Below, in pieces: positions 45,883 through 55,128 of a stretch of 64,000 nt of DNA. The position numbers were made by a program, and so were the translations under genes. This DNA is from Actinomycetota bacterium (GTDB lineage: Bacteria > Actinomycetota > Coriobacteriia > Anaerosomatales > D1FN1-002). Every line of letters starts with the position of its first letter. Positions within the stretch are counted from its first letter, which is position 1. A model generated the notes under the pieces. That model saw only the letters and a list, made by a program, of their open reading frames with translations. It ran no database searches and was not told the DNA's origin. The stretch is taken from the NCBI GenBank assembly GCA_037445995.1, contig JBBIJK010000003.1:15460-79459 (forward strand), written 5' to 3'.

Positions 45883-46824
45883 TCACAGCTTCTCGGCCAC
45901 GCGCAGCTTCGCGCTGCGCGCGCGCTGGTTGGCCGCCACCTCCTCGACCGTCGGGACGATCGGCCTCCGGGTGACGACCCGGACCACCGGCACACGACCG
46001 CAACCACATCCGGGCAGGTCGGGCGGGCACTCGCAACCCGCGGACAGATCGTTGAAAACCCGCTTGACCAGCCGGTCCTCGAGCGAGTGGTAGCTGATCA
46101 CGGCGACCCTGCCACGTGGAGCCAGCCATCGCACGGCGGAGCGCAGGCCTCGCTCGAGCACCTCCAACTCGCGGTTCACCTCGATGCGCAGCGCCTGGAA
46201 CGTCCGTCGGGCGGGGTGAGGTCCCCCCCTCCTCGCCGACGCGGGGACCGCGTCCTTGACGATGCCCACCAGCTCCCCGGTCGTCTCGACGGGTCGGCGG
46301 GCGCGCGCGGCTACGATGAATGCTGCGATGCGCGCGGCCCACCGCTCCTCGCCGTACTCGCGGATGACGCGAGCGAGTTCATGCTCCTCGTAGCCGTTGA
46401 CGACGTCGTAGGCACTGAGGCGACCTGGCTCCGGGTCCATCCGCATGTCCAGCGGCGCGTCGTCCTGGAACGAGAAACCCCTGGATGCGAGGTCGAGCTG
46501 CGGGGACGACACGCCGAGGTCGAAGAGGAAGGCGTCGGCGTAGGGGATGTCGGCTTCAGCGAGAAGCCGGTCCAGTTCGCCGAAGTTGCCGTGAAGGAAG
46601 ATGGCATGCCGGCCGAGGCGTGCTACGTCTGCTGCTGCTTCGAGTGCTGCTCTGTCCTGGTCGATGCCCACGAGTATCCCCGCAGGCTGTATCGATTCCT
46701 GAAGACGGATCGCGTGACCTGCCCCGCCCAAGGTGCAGTCGATCACGATCGAGCCGGGGTGCAGGGATAGGTGCTGCGTGACCTCGGCCGGCAAAACTGG
46801 AGTGTGCCGGTATTCCATTGTCAA
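45883..46824 (-). CDS. rsmH: 16S rRNA (cytosine1402-N4)-methyltransferase RsmH (MraW)
   Basis: HTPVLPAEV and DCTLGGAGHA. Confidence 0.93.
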   Translation of the reverse strand: MTMEYRHTPVLPAEVTQHLSLHPGSIVIDCTLGGAGHAIRLQESIQPAGILVGIDQDRAALEAAADVARLGRHAIFLHGNFGELDRLLAEADIPYADAFLFDLGVSSPQLDLASRGFSFQDDAPLDMRMDPEPGRLSAYDVVNGYEEHELARVIREYGEERWAARIAAFIVAARARRPVETTGELVGIVKDAVPASARRGGPHPARRTFQALRIEVNRELEVLERGLRSAVRWLAPRGRVAVISYHSLEDRLVKRVFNDLSAGCECPPDLPGCGCGRVPVVRVVTRRPIVPTVEEVAANQRARSAKLRVAEKL

Positions 46825-47289
46825 TCAGCGCACCGGGGCGGGCTTCTCCCCCGGTCCCGACAGGCCGATGGCGGAAAGCGCCTCGGCATCGTCCTCGATG
46901 TTCGCGGTGGCCTCGTGGTTGTACGCCGCCCACCGCGCCGAATCCCATAGCTCCACGCGGTTGCCGTTGCCGACCACCGCCACCTCCCTGACCAGCCCGG
47001 CGTGGTCCCTCATCACCTGAGGCAGGGTGATCCTGCCGGCGCTGTCGACGTCGGTCTCCACGGCGTTGGTCGTGAAGAAGCGCCGGATCCTGCGCTGCTT
47101 GGGATCGAAGTCCGATCCCTCAAGCAGCTGATCGACGAACTCCCGGTAAGTCTCCTTGGGGTACACGTAGAGACACTCCTCGAGGCCCTTGGCGACGACC
47201 AGCTTCTCGCCGGCCACGGAGCGGAATCTCGAAGGCAGCGAGACGCGGCCCTTGGCGTCGAGGTTGTGCTTGTGTTCGCCGAGGAACAT
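46825..47289 (-). CDS. mraZ: Transcriptional regulator MraZ
   Basis: MFLGEHKHNLDAKGRVSLPSRFR and a second half with DSAGRITLPQVMR (two SpoVT/AbrB-like halves). Confidence 0.92.
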   Translation of the reverse strand: MFLGEHKHNLDAKGRVSLPSRFRSVAGEKLVVAKGLEECLYVYPKETYREFVDQLLEGSDFDPKQRRIRRFFTTNAVETDVDSAGRITLPQVMRDHAGLVREVAVVGNGNRVELWDSARWAAYNHEATANIEDDAEALSAIGLSGPGEKPAPVR

Positions 47290-47348
47290 CTCTGTGGCTC
47301 CCCCACCGTCGTGGGCCTCGGGGACGCCCTTCGCCCCCACCGAGGCAC

Positions 47349-47377
47349 AGACTATGACACTTCATCCCACTTTGCAA
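47349..47377 (-). promoter_or_regulatory. Candidate mraZ/dcw promoter
   Basis: The minus strand reads TTGCAA, 17 nt spacer, TAGTCT, about 60 nt upstream of the mraZ ATG. The spacer contains GTGGGATG. Confidence 0.4.
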
Positions 47378-47413
47378 CCCCTCGATGGGAATCGACGACA
47401 CTAACATCCCACT
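47356..47413 (-). promoter_or_regulatory. Repeated GTGGGATG-type boxes (candidate MraZ operator)
   Basis: The minus strand carries AGTGGGATGAAGTGTC (47356-47371) and AGTGGGATGTTAGTGTC (47397-47413). An inverted GATGGGAA lies at about 47384, so the three GGGA cores sit 21 bp apart. Confidence 0.45.
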
Positions 47414-47550
47414 GTGACACCCAAGAGCCGCTCATGCTCATGCCGATGAGGGCGCGCGAGCGCGACGGTGTGAACCGTTCGCCCCCCTCGCTCGTCCTAC
47501 AGTCGACAGTGTCTCGCCCGTTGACAGCGGAACATGGAGCGTGAGTGAAG

Positions 47551-47579
47551 TTGCCCGTGCGGCGGCCCACCGCTAGAAT
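47551..47579 (+). promoter_or_regulatory. Candidate sigma70-type promoter for the small ORF / DUF4349 unit
   Basis: TTGCCC, 17 nt spacer, TAGAAT, about 44 nt upstream of the ATG at 47623. Confidence 0.4.
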
Positions 47580-47622
47580 CACTGATGACGACAGGACCGT
47601 TCAGCGGAGGTGACCTGCCCGA

Positions 47623-47757
47623 ATGACACCGAACATCGCGTCACCACTCTTCAACACGCTGCTCGCAGCCTTCTTCGTCGTGGTGGTCTTGGGGGCCGCG
47701 CTTGGCGCCTACGCGGCGATCGTCCTCAAGCGACGCGAGGGCGACAAGACCGAATAG
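47623..47757 (+). CDS. Candidate 44-aa single-TM small protein
   Basis: My own translation: MTPNIASPLFNTLLAAFFVVVVLGAALGAYAAIVLKRREGDKTE. GGAGG lies about 10 nt upstream and GC3 is high. It is below the ORF-track size cut-off. Confidence 0.3.
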   Translation: MTPNIASPLFNTLLAAFFVVVVLGAALGAYAAIVLKRREGDKTE

Positions 47758-47865
47758 CGCTCCGCTCCGCGCATCGCACGGCGAGACGCCCTCCTGCACG
47801 TTCGTGCCGCGAGGGCGTCGGCGTCCGGGGCCCGCTCGCCCCGGGCATGGAGAAAGGGGTCGGCC

Positions 47866-48858
47866 ATGGGCACGCGCAGAGTCATCCTCCGATGGGCCGC
47901 GATCGTGGCGCTGGCATCCGGCTCACTGGGCCTTGCGGGCTGCGGCCTTCTCGCGCCTGCGGAGACCGCCACCGACATGGCGATCGACCGGTACTCGGCT
48001 CCCTACGGCACCCCTGAGGACCTCGCCGCAGGGCAAGCCAGCAAGGATCTCGCGCTCGTCGAACCGCCTGCGCCCTCCGGGGGCGGCCGCGACGTCGTCT
48101 CGATCCCAGGGGAGGTCAGCCTCGTCATCCTGAGCCAGAGCCTGCGAATGGAGGTCGCGTCGGTCCGGGAAGCGGTGGAATCGATCCGCAAGATCACCGC
48201 GGAGCACAAGGGCACCGTGACCGCGATGCAGGTCAGCACCGACAACGAGATGCCCATCTACAGGCAGGATGGCTCCGGCGCCTACGACGGCAGCCCGCTC
48301 GCCGGCTTCATGACCGTGCGGGTGCCCAACGCGTCCCTGCCCGCGTTCGTCGAAGCGGCCTCCGCGCTGGGCACGGTCCTGCGCCGCTCGCAGGACTCGC
48401 AGGACGTCACCCAGGAGCATGTCGACCTCGCAGCGCGGCTCGACAACCTTCGGGCGGCAGAGAAGCGCCTCCGCGAGTTCTTCGACTCCGCCAAGAAGGT
48501 CTCCGAGATGCTGGAGATCGAGCGCGAGCTGGCCCGGGTCCGTGGCGAGATCGAGTCCCTCGACGCCCAGAAGAAGTTCCTGGAGCGCCAGGCCGCGATG
48601 GCTACCGTCACCTTCGAGCTCGTGGAGCCCAAGCCGATCGTGCGGCCCGCCGGGGAGAACTGGGGCGTCGCCGAGGCCTTCACGGGCGCGATCAGGGCTT
48701 TCGTCAACACGGCGAACACGCTGATCGTCCTGCTGGGCCCGGTCGCGGCGGTAGCGTTGTTCGTGGCGCTTCCCGCCTGGCTCGTCGCGAGGTGGCTGCT
48801 TCGCAGGAGGTCCGCACGGTCGGCGCGGGCCTCAGAGTCCGCCGACGAAGAGGCCTGA
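47866..48858 (+). CDS. DUF4349-like lipoprotein with a C-terminal TM anchor
   Basis: Lipobox SLGLAGC, a central coiled coil (RLDNLRAAEKRLREFF...ELARVRGEIESLDAQKKFLE) and C-terminal TM helices. GGAGAAAGGGG lies before the ATG. Confidence 0.75.
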   Translation: MGTRRVILRWAAIVALASGSLGLAGCGLLAPAETATDMAIDRYSAPYGTPEDLAAGQASKDLALVEPPAPSGGGRDVVSIPGEVSLVILSQSLRMEVASVREAVESIRKITAEHKGTVTAMQVSTDNEMPIYRQDGSGAYDGSPLAGFMTVRVPNASLPAFVEAASALGTVLRRSQDSQDVTQEHVDLAARLDNLRAAEKRLREFFDSAKKVSEMLEIERELARVRGEIESLDAQKKFLERQAAMATVTFELVEPKPIVRPAGENWGVAEAFTGAIRAFVNTANTLIVLLGPVAAVALFVALPAWLVARWLLRRRSARSARASESADEEA

Positions 48859-48895
48859 GGCAGACCGGCTCCGCGGGACGAACGACGAGGGGGTC

Positions 48896-49183
48896 TCAGG
48901 ACCCGGACCGGTGTCTGCGGCGCCGCTTGGCTCGCCAGGCGGCCGCCGCCGACCCGCCAGCCAGATGCACCGCGAACATCGCTCCGCCCGCAGCTGCGGG
49001 CAACATCAGCAGGTCGGTTCCGGGGTCGATCGATTCGAGACCGGGCGCGCCAGCGCCTCCGACCACGGTCAGCCACGATCCAAGAGCGACACCCGCGGCC
49101 ACCCCGACCCCCCAGGTCGCGGCCCGGAACAGTGCGCCGGACCAAGAGAAGCCGTCCCGGGGCTCGGGGCCTGACACGCTCAT
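48896..49183 (-). CDS. Candidate 95-aa two-TM membrane protein translationally coupled to xerD
   Basis: MSVSGPEPRDGFSWSGALFRAATWGVGVAAGVALGSWLTVVGG...LLMLPAAAGGAMFAVHLAGG...KRRRRHRSGS. The ATG overlaps the xerD TGA (ATGA). This is the C-terminal part of track ORF 48896..49660. Confidence 0.4.
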   Translation of the reverse strand: MSVSGPEPRDGFSWSGALFRAATWGVGVAAGVALGSWLTVVGGAGAPGLESIDPGTDLLMLPAAAGGAMFAVHLAGGSAAAAWRAKRRRRHRSGS

Positions 49184-50085
49184 CTCAGCCCGGCTCTGGG
49201 ATGCGTGGACAGGTACTCCTCGCGCATGTGGCGAAGGTCGACATGGGTGTAGACCTGCGTGGTGGAGATGTCGGAGTGCCCAAGCAGTTCCTGCAGCGCT
49301 CGCAGATCGGCTCCTCCCTGCAGCATGTGGGTGGCGTACGAGTGCCGGAGGACGTGCGGGTGCAGCTCCTCCAGACCGACACGGCTTCCCCACCTCCGGA
49401 CCAGCGCGTGGACGCTCTGCCTTGTGAGACGGCCGCCCCTCCGGTTCAGGAACACCGCTCCGGGGTCCTGCCGCAACGCCGCCCTGGCGCGCAGGGCGGG
49501 ACGACCTTGGGACAGGTACGCCCTGAGCGCCCGCTCGGCGGCCGCGCCCGTAGGGACGACCCTCTCCTTGCCACCCTTCCCGACCACCCGCATCAGGCTG
49601 TCCTCTAGGTCGAGGTCGGCGAGGTCGAGTGAGGTCAACTCGCTGACCCTCAAACCGCATCCGTACAGCACTTCGAGTATCGCGACGTCGCGTCGAGCTG
49701 TCGGCCCCTCGCCGAAAGACTGCGAGAAAAGACGGTCGGCCTCCGCGACGCTGATGACGTGCGGCAACCTCAACGGCACTTTGGGAGAAGCGAGCGAAGC
49801 CGCCGGGTGGCGCTCCGCCACGCCCTCGCGCACGAGGAACCTGTGAAACGACCTGATCGCGGCGACCTTGCGCTCGACGGTGCTCGCCGCCAGACCGCGC
49901 GACCGCAAGCTGGCGACGAACCCTGCGAGATGGTCGCGGTCGACCGCGGCCCAGCCGGTGACGCCGGTCGATTCCAGGTGGTCCGCATAGGCTCTGAGGT
50001 CGCGCCGGTAAGCCTCGACTGTGTTGACGGAGGCGCCCCTCTCGACAGCCAGGTGGCCCAGAAACTCATCGATGCGACCTCGCAT
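49180..50085 (-). CDS. xerD: Tyrosine recombinase XerD-type (chromosome dimer resolution)
   Basis: 301 aa, MRGRIDEFLGHLAVERGASVNTVEAYRRDL. Catalytic contexts are GLRVSEL, LRHSYATHML and GHSDISTTQVYTHV. Confidence 0.9.
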   Translation of the reverse strand: MRGRIDEFLGHLAVERGASVNTVEAYRRDLRAYADHLESTGVTGWAAVDRDHLAGFVASLRSRGLAASTVERKVAAIRSFHRFLVREGVAERHPAASLASPKVPLRLPHVISVAEADRLFSQSFGEGPTARRDVAILEVLYGCGLRVSELTSLDLADLDLEDSLMRVVGKGGKERVVPTGAAAERALRAYLSQGRPALRARAALRQDPGAVFLNRRGGRLTRQSVHALVRRWGSRVGLEELHPHVLRHSYATHMLQGGADLRALQELLGHSDISTTQVYTHVDLRHMREEYLSTHPRAGLR

Positions 50086-50111
50086 CGCGCCTCCCAGGCG
50101 CCGCGAGCCGG

Positions 50112-51224
50112 CTACAGAAGCTCCGACAGCGGCGTGTACTCCATCCCATGAGCCTCGGCGACGGGCGCGTACGTCACCTTCCCGTCGAGGACGTTGACGC
50201 CCTTGGCCAGTGCGGGGTCGTCGAGGACGGCCTGCCTCCAGCCCTTGTCCGCGATCGCGAGCGCGTAGCGGAAGGTGGCGTTCGTGAGAGCGTAGGTGGA
50301 GGTGTTGGGCACCGCGCCTGGCATGTTGGCGACTCCGTAGTGGACGACCCCGTCGATGACGAATGTGGGCTCGCTGTGGGTGGTCGGCCGCGTGGTCTCG
50401 ATGCAGCCTCCCTGGTCGACCGAGACGTCTACGACCACCGAGCCCTTCTTCATGCCCGGGAGCATGTCCCTGGTGACCAACCACGGCGCCTTCGCACCGG
50501 CCAGCAGCACCGCTCCGATGACGAGGTCCGCGTCGTAGACGGCGCGCTCGATGTTCAGCCGGTTGGAGAAGAGCGTCCTCATCCGATTGCCCCACAGCTC
50601 GTCGATGTAGCGAAGTCTCTCGAGGCTCACGTCCAGCACGGTGACGTTGGCCCCCATCCCCACCGCGATGTAGGCGGCGTTCATCCCTACCACGCCCGCG
50701 CCCAGCACGGCCACGTTGGCCGGAAGCACACCGGGCACGCCGCCCATCAGCATCCCTCGACCGCCCATCGGCTTGAGCAGGAACTCCGCGCCGACCTGGG
50801 TGGCCATGCGGCCCGCTACCTCCGACATCGGGGCGAGGAGCGGCAAGGAGCGGTCCGGCAGCTCGACCGTCTCGTACGCGATGCACACGGCCCCGGAACC
50901 CACGAGACCTTCGGTCTGCGGAAGATCGGGGGCGAGGTGCAGGTAGGTGAAGAGGATCTGCCCCGGGCGCATCATGGCGATCTCGGCCGCTTGCGGCTCC
51001 TTGACCTTGACCACCATCTCGGCGCGACCCCATATCTCCGCCGCGCTCTCGGCGATCGTCGCGCCCGCGGCTACGTACTCGTCGTCCTCGATCGAGGAAC
51101 CGGCTCCCGCCCCGCGCTCGACGAGGACCTCGTGCCCCCTCTCCACGAATTCGCGTGCTCCCCCTGGGGTCATGCCGACACGGTACTCACTGTTCTTGAT
51201 CTCCATGGGTACGCCGATGATCAT
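50112..51224 (-). CDS. ald: L-alanine dehydrogenase
   Basis: [20 protein letters not shown] and the NAD-binding motif [14 protein letters not shown]. The start overlaps the upstream stop (ATGA). Confidence 0.92.
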   Translation of the reverse strand: MIIGVPMEIKNSEYRVGMTPGGAREFVERGHEVLVERGAGAGSSIEDDEYVAAGATIAESAAEIWGRAEMVVKVKEPQAAEIAMMRPGQILFTYLHLAPDLPQTEGLVGSGAVCIAYETVELPDRSLPLLAPMSEVAGRMATQVGAEFLLKPMGGRGMLMGGVPGVLPANVAVLGAGVVGMNAAYIAVGMGANVTVLDVSLERLRYIDELWGNRMRTLFSNRLNIERAVYDADLVIGAVLLAGAKAPWLVTRDMLPGMKKGSVVVDVSVDQGGCIETTRPTTHSEPTFVIDGVVHYGVANMPGAVPNTSTYALTNATFRYALAIADKGWRQAVLDDPALAKGVNVLDGKVTYAPVAEAHGMEYTPLSELL

Positions 51225-52339
51225 CGCTGCTCCTCCGTATAGGCGCCGCCGTCCCCGCAATGCGGGAGGTCAGAGAGAACCTCGCCGGCAGCCCGCCCCG
51301 CAGCGGCCGCGGCGAGGAAGAAACCGGGGTCCTCGTCCATGCCTCGTCCCATGGTACGCGGTTCTAGCCCCCTCGTGTCGAGCTCGCCGGGGGACACCTC
51401 TACGCGACGGCACTCATGGCGCCCGGCGATGCCCGCGGCATCCAGCGCACGGGCGACCTGTTCGGCTTCGTCGGCGCCCAGCGGCGGAACGGCCACAAGG
51501 CAGCCTGGGACGGCGACCCGGCCCAGGGCGGTCAGCGAGTGGTGGCTCACTCCGCGGTGACGCTCCCGGCCCTCGGCGAAGGAGACCCGCAGGACCGCTA
51601 TCGGCAAGCCCCTCAGGCAGGCGACCGCGTTCAGGGCCTCCCCCTGCGCGACTCCTCCGTGGCCGAACGGGGTGGCGGTCCCTGCGAGTCCAGGGCCTCC
51701 CGCGACCACCGCGACGTCCGCTCCGGCGACATGCCTGGCCGCCAGCAACCCGGAGTGCAGCGTCACAGCCTCGATCTCGCCGCCGAAGGCCTGACCGCAG
51801 CTGACGGTCGCGTCGATCAGCCCCGCGCGCCTGGCGTCCCGGACCGCGTCCGACAGAGCCAGCGGAAGAGCGGCATGATCGGTCATCACGTACGCGATGC
51901 GGGCCTTGGGGGCTGCCGTCCGCACCCCCGCCGCGACCGGGACCATCTGGCTGTGAAGACCGCAGCACACCACCGGCATCCCGCCGAGGTCCGAGACGAC
52001 GGCCATCACGTCCTCATGCCCGCTCCCCGCCTCCTCGACGCAGAGCACGTCCAACTGCAGCGGGGTGTACCGGGCCTTGATGACGTGACCGCCCGAGGGG
52101 CGATCGTGCCCTCCCGCCCCCTCCGATCGCGCCACCACGAAGTGCAGCCCGCCGGTCCCCAGGCCCAGATCGACCGCCGTCGTGTTGACCAGCACCCGGT
52201 CGCCGGGCGCGCACGCACCGGTCAGGCGCGGGTAGCAACCGGCCTCGCCTGTGGCTCCGTCATCGAAGCGCACGGTCAGGCGATGTAAGCCCTCGTCGTG
52301 GCCGCGGACGGAGGTGACCTCACACCACACCGACCTCAT
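51221..52339 (-). CDS. Uncharacterised protein, DUF3866-like
   Basis: 372 aa, [29 protein letters not shown] and later [16 protein letters not shown]. The family assignment is from memory of DUF3866-type sequences and has not been searched. Confidence 0.65.
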   Translation of the reverse strand: MRSVWCEVTSVRGHDEGLHRLTVRFDDGATGEAGCYPRLTGACAPGDRVLVNTTAVDLGLGTGGLHFVVARSEGAGGHDRPSGGHVIKARYTPLQLDVLCVEEAGSGHEDVMAVVSDLGGMPVVCCGLHSQMVPVAAGVRTAAPKARIAYVMTDHAALPLALSDAVRDARRAGLIDATVSCGQAFGGEIEAVTLHSGLLAARHVAGADVAVVAGGPGLAGTATPFGHGGVAQGEALNAVACLRGLPIAVLRVSFAEGRERHRGVSHHSLTALGRVAVPGCLVAVPPLGADEAEQVARALDAAGIAGRHECRRVEVSPGELDTRGLEPRTMGRGMDEDPGFFLAAAAAGRAAGEVLSDLPHCGDGGAYTEEQR

Positions 52340-52340
52340 C

Positions 52341-53453
52341 TCACACGACCGCCATGCGCACGATGTTGCAGGTCACCTGGGCGAGCCGCTCGAGCTCGTC
52401 GACCGCGATGCTCTCCTCCGTGCCATGCACCGCCGTCATGCCGGATGCGAGCACGATCGTCGGCACTCCCAAGGCGGCGATGATGTTGCCGTCGCTGCCT
52501 CCGCCCGTGGAGAAGGTGCGAGACTCGACGCCGGCCGCCTCACACGCGGCGATAGCGATGCGCACGACCTCGTCCTCGGGGTCCAGCCGGAACCCCGCGT
52601 ACTCGCGGGCCCAGGCGACCTCGACGCTTCCGCCGCCGGCCGCCGCGGCCCGGTCGAGCGCGGCCCCGATGGCGACCCGCACCTCCTCGACACGCGAGTT
52701 GTCGAGCGAGCGGCACTCTCCAGTGATCTTGGCGGAGGCGGCGACCACGTTGGTGGCCACACCCCCCTCGATGGTGCCGATGTTGGATGTGGTCGCGTCG
52801 TCGAGGCGCCCCATGGGCATCGCCGCGATCGCCCGCGCGGCCATGCCTATGGCCGAAGCCCCGGCCTCGGGCTCCACGCCCGCATGCGCAGCCCGGCCGC
52901 GGAAGGTCGCCTCGAAGGTGTAGTGCGTGGGGGACCCGATGACGATGCCCCCCACCGGGCCGCCGGCGTCCAGGACCACCGCGAGGTCGCCGCGCACGTC
53001 GGATGACTCCAGCGCCTTGGCGCCGCGAAGCCCGACCTCCTCCTGCACGGTCAGCAGCACGCGGACCCCGGCGTACGGGCCCGGTTCCTCCCTCAACCGC
53101 CGCACGGCCTCTACGATCGCGGCTATCCCGGCCTTGTCGTCGGCCCCGAGGACCGTCTGGCCAGCCGAGCGCACGCGCCCGTCTTGCACGAGGGGCTCGA
53201 CGCCCTCGCAGGGCTGCACGCAGTCCATGTGCGCCGAGAGGATGACGCACCGCCCGGAACCCGACCCGGGCATCTCGGCGACGAGGTTGCCTGTGTCCGA
53301 GCCTGTCGCGGCCGCGGATGAGTCGTAGCGCACATCCATCCCAAGATCGGCGAGGAGCCCTGCGCACCGGCGCGCCAGCGCGCCCTCGCGCCCCGACGGG
53401 CTGTCGATCCGCACCATCTCCAGGAAGGTGTCCAGAAGCCTCTGGGTGCTCAT
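52341..53453 (-). CDS. M20-family metallopeptidase (peptidase T / tripeptidase-like)
   Basis: FLEMVRIDSPSGRE, SAHMDCV, LGADDKAGIAAIVEA, QEEVGLRGA and GGSDGN motifs. Confidence 0.85.
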   Translation of the reverse strand: MSTQRLLDTFLEMVRIDSPSGREGALARRCAGLLADLGMDVRYDSSAAATGSDTGNLVAEMPGSGSGRCVILSAHMDCVQPCEGVEPLVQDGRVRSAGQTVLGADDKAGIAAIVEAVRRLREEPGPYAGVRVLLTVQEEVGLRGAKALESSDVRGDLAVVLDAGGPVGGIVIGSPTHYTFEATFRGRAAHAGVEPEAGASAIGMAARAIAAMPMGRLDDATTSNIGTIEGGVATNVVAASAKITGECRSLDNSRVEEVRVAIGAALDRAAAAGGGSVEVAWAREYAGFRLDPEDEVVRIAIAACEAAGVESRTFSTGGGSDGNIIAALGVPTIVLASGMTAVHGTEESIAVDELERLAQVTCNIVRMAVV

Positions 53454-53471
53454 GCGTAAGCCTCGCGGCGG

Positions 53472-55085
53472 CTAGCCGGAGCGACCGCGTCTGCGCGCGA
53501 CGGCGGCACCGACGAAGTCGCGGAACAGCGGCGCGGGCCTTGTCGGCCTGCTCTTGAACTCCGGATGGCCCTGGTTGCCCACGAACCACGGATGCGAGGG
53601 AAGCTCGACCATCTCCACCAAGCGGCCGTCCGGAGAGGCGCCCGACACCACGAGGCCGGCGTCGACCAGGGCCTCCCGGTAGTTGTTGTTCACCTCGTAG
53701 CGGTGCCGATGCCTCTCCTCTATGGTGGCTTGGCCGTAGGCGTCCCAACCCTTCGTCCCCTCGACGACGGCGCAGGGATACGAGCCGAGCCTCATCGTCC
53801 CGCCCATCTCCTCGCTGCCGTCGTGGAGCGGCATCAGGTCGATGACCGGGTGGGGCGTGTCGGGGTCGAACTCGCTCGAGTTGGCGCCCTCCAGTCCGGC
53901 GACGTGTCGCGCGAACTCGCAGACCGCCACCTGCATGCCCAGGCAGATGCCGAGGTACGGGACACCGTTCTCGCGGGCGAACCGGGCCGCCCGGATCTTG
54001 CCTTCGATACCGCGCACGCCGAACCCGCCGGGGACCAGGATCCCGTCCATCCCGGAGAGCGCCTGCTCGACCTCCTCGGGGGTCAGCGCCTCGGCGTCGA
54101 CCCAGTGGACGTTGACCTTGTGGTCGTGGTGGATACCGGCGTGGTCGAGGGCCTCGTTCACGGAAAGGTACGCGTCGGGCAGTTGGACGTACTTACCCAC
54201 GAGCGCGATCTCCACCGTGTCGGCCAGGGACGCGGAGTGAGCGACGAACCTCTCCCACTCCTCCATGTCCACGGGGCCGCACTCGAGCTTCAGGCGTTCG
54301 ATGACCATCTCGTCCAGCCCCTGCTCGCGAAGCCTGAGCGGCACCTCGTAGATCGAGCGCGCGTCCTGTGCGGACACGACAGCCTTGGGGTCCACGTCGC
54401 AAAACAGGCCGATCTTGCGGCGGATGCCGGCGTCTATGGGCCTGTCCGAACGGCATACGATGAAATCCGGCTGGATGCCGATGCTCCGCAGCTCCTTGAC
54501 CGAGTGCTGGGTCGGCTTGGTCTTCAGCTCCTCAGAGGCGGCGATCCACGGCACGAGCGTCACGTGGATGTAGCAGACCGCGTCGTGGCCGACGTCCTTG
54601 CGGATCTGGCGGATCGTCTCAAGGAACGGCAGAGACTCGATGTCTCCGACGGTACCGCCGACCTCCGTGATGACCACGTCGGGGGCGCCGTCCTCGGCCA
54701 GTCGGCGGATCCGCTCCTTGATCTCGTTGGTGACGTGAGGGATGACCTGCACAGTCGCTCCGAGGAAATCGCCGCGGCGTTCGCGCGTGACTATGGAGTG
54801 GTAGATGGACCCGGCGGTCACGTTGCAGTCGCGGGTCAGGGACTCGTCGATGAAGCGCTCGTAGTGACCCAGGTCCAGGTCGGTCTCCCCGCCGTCGTCG
54901 GTGACGAACACCTCGCCGTGCTGGAAGGGTGACATCGTTCCGGGGTCGACGTTGAGGTAGGGGTCAAGCTTCTGGATCTTGACCTTGAGCCCGCGGGCCT
55001 TGAGCAGACGGCCGAGAGACGCTGCGGTGATCCCCTTGCCGAGCGAGCTGACGACCCCACCCGTCACGAAGATGTGCTTGGCCAT
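53472..55085 (-). CDS. pyrG: CTP synthase
   Basis: [18 protein letters not shown] and the GATase motif YLGICLGMQ. Confidence 0.96.
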   Translation of the reverse strand: MAKHIFVTGGVVSSLGKGITAASLGRLLKARGLKVKIQKLDPYLNVDPGTMSPFQHGEVFVTDDGGETDLDLGHYERFIDESLTRDCNVTAGSIYHSIVTRERRGDFLGATVQVIPHVTNEIKERIRRLAEDGAPDVVITEVGGTVGDIESLPFLETIRQIRKDVGHDAVCYIHVTLVPWIAASEELKTKPTQHSVKELRSIGIQPDFIVCRSDRPIDAGIRRKIGLFCDVDPKAVVSAQDARSIYEVPLRLREQGLDEMVIERLKLECGPVDMEEWERFVAHSASLADTVEIALVGKYVQLPDAYLSVNEALDHAGIHHDHKVNVHWVDAEALTPEEVEQALSGMDGILVPGGFGVRGIEGKIRAARFARENGVPYLGICLGMQVAVCEFARHVAGLEGANSSEFDPDTPHPVIDLMPLHDGSEEMGGTMRLGSYPCAVVEGTKGWDAYGQATIEERHRHRYEVNNNYREALVDAGLVVSGASPDGRLVEMVELPSHPWFVGNQGHPEFKSRPTRPAPLFRDFVGAAVARRRGRSG

Positions 55086-55128
55086 CTGTGCGCCCACGCC
55101 TCCTGTCCCTTGGTCGGTCCCTGTCGCA

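Noticed and set aside
43523-46093. 856-aa + strand ORF spanning ftsI, ftsL-like and rsmH on the opposite strand.
   Set aside because: This is the same GC-driven artefact. It crosses three real genes and two intergenic gaps and has no recognisable domain.
47610-48017. 135-aa + ORF overlapping the small TM ORF and the start of the DUF4349 gene.
   Set aside because: The product is Arg/Gly/Pro-rich and has no SD. It overlaps a better-supported lipoprotein start (SD plus lipobox).
49180-50085. Tyrosine recombinase as a possible marker of an integrative mobile element.
   Set aside because: Its sequence and its neighbourhood (pyrG, recN, steAB, ald) are those of chromosomal XerD. There is no flanking tRNA, direct repeats, or phage or transfer genes.
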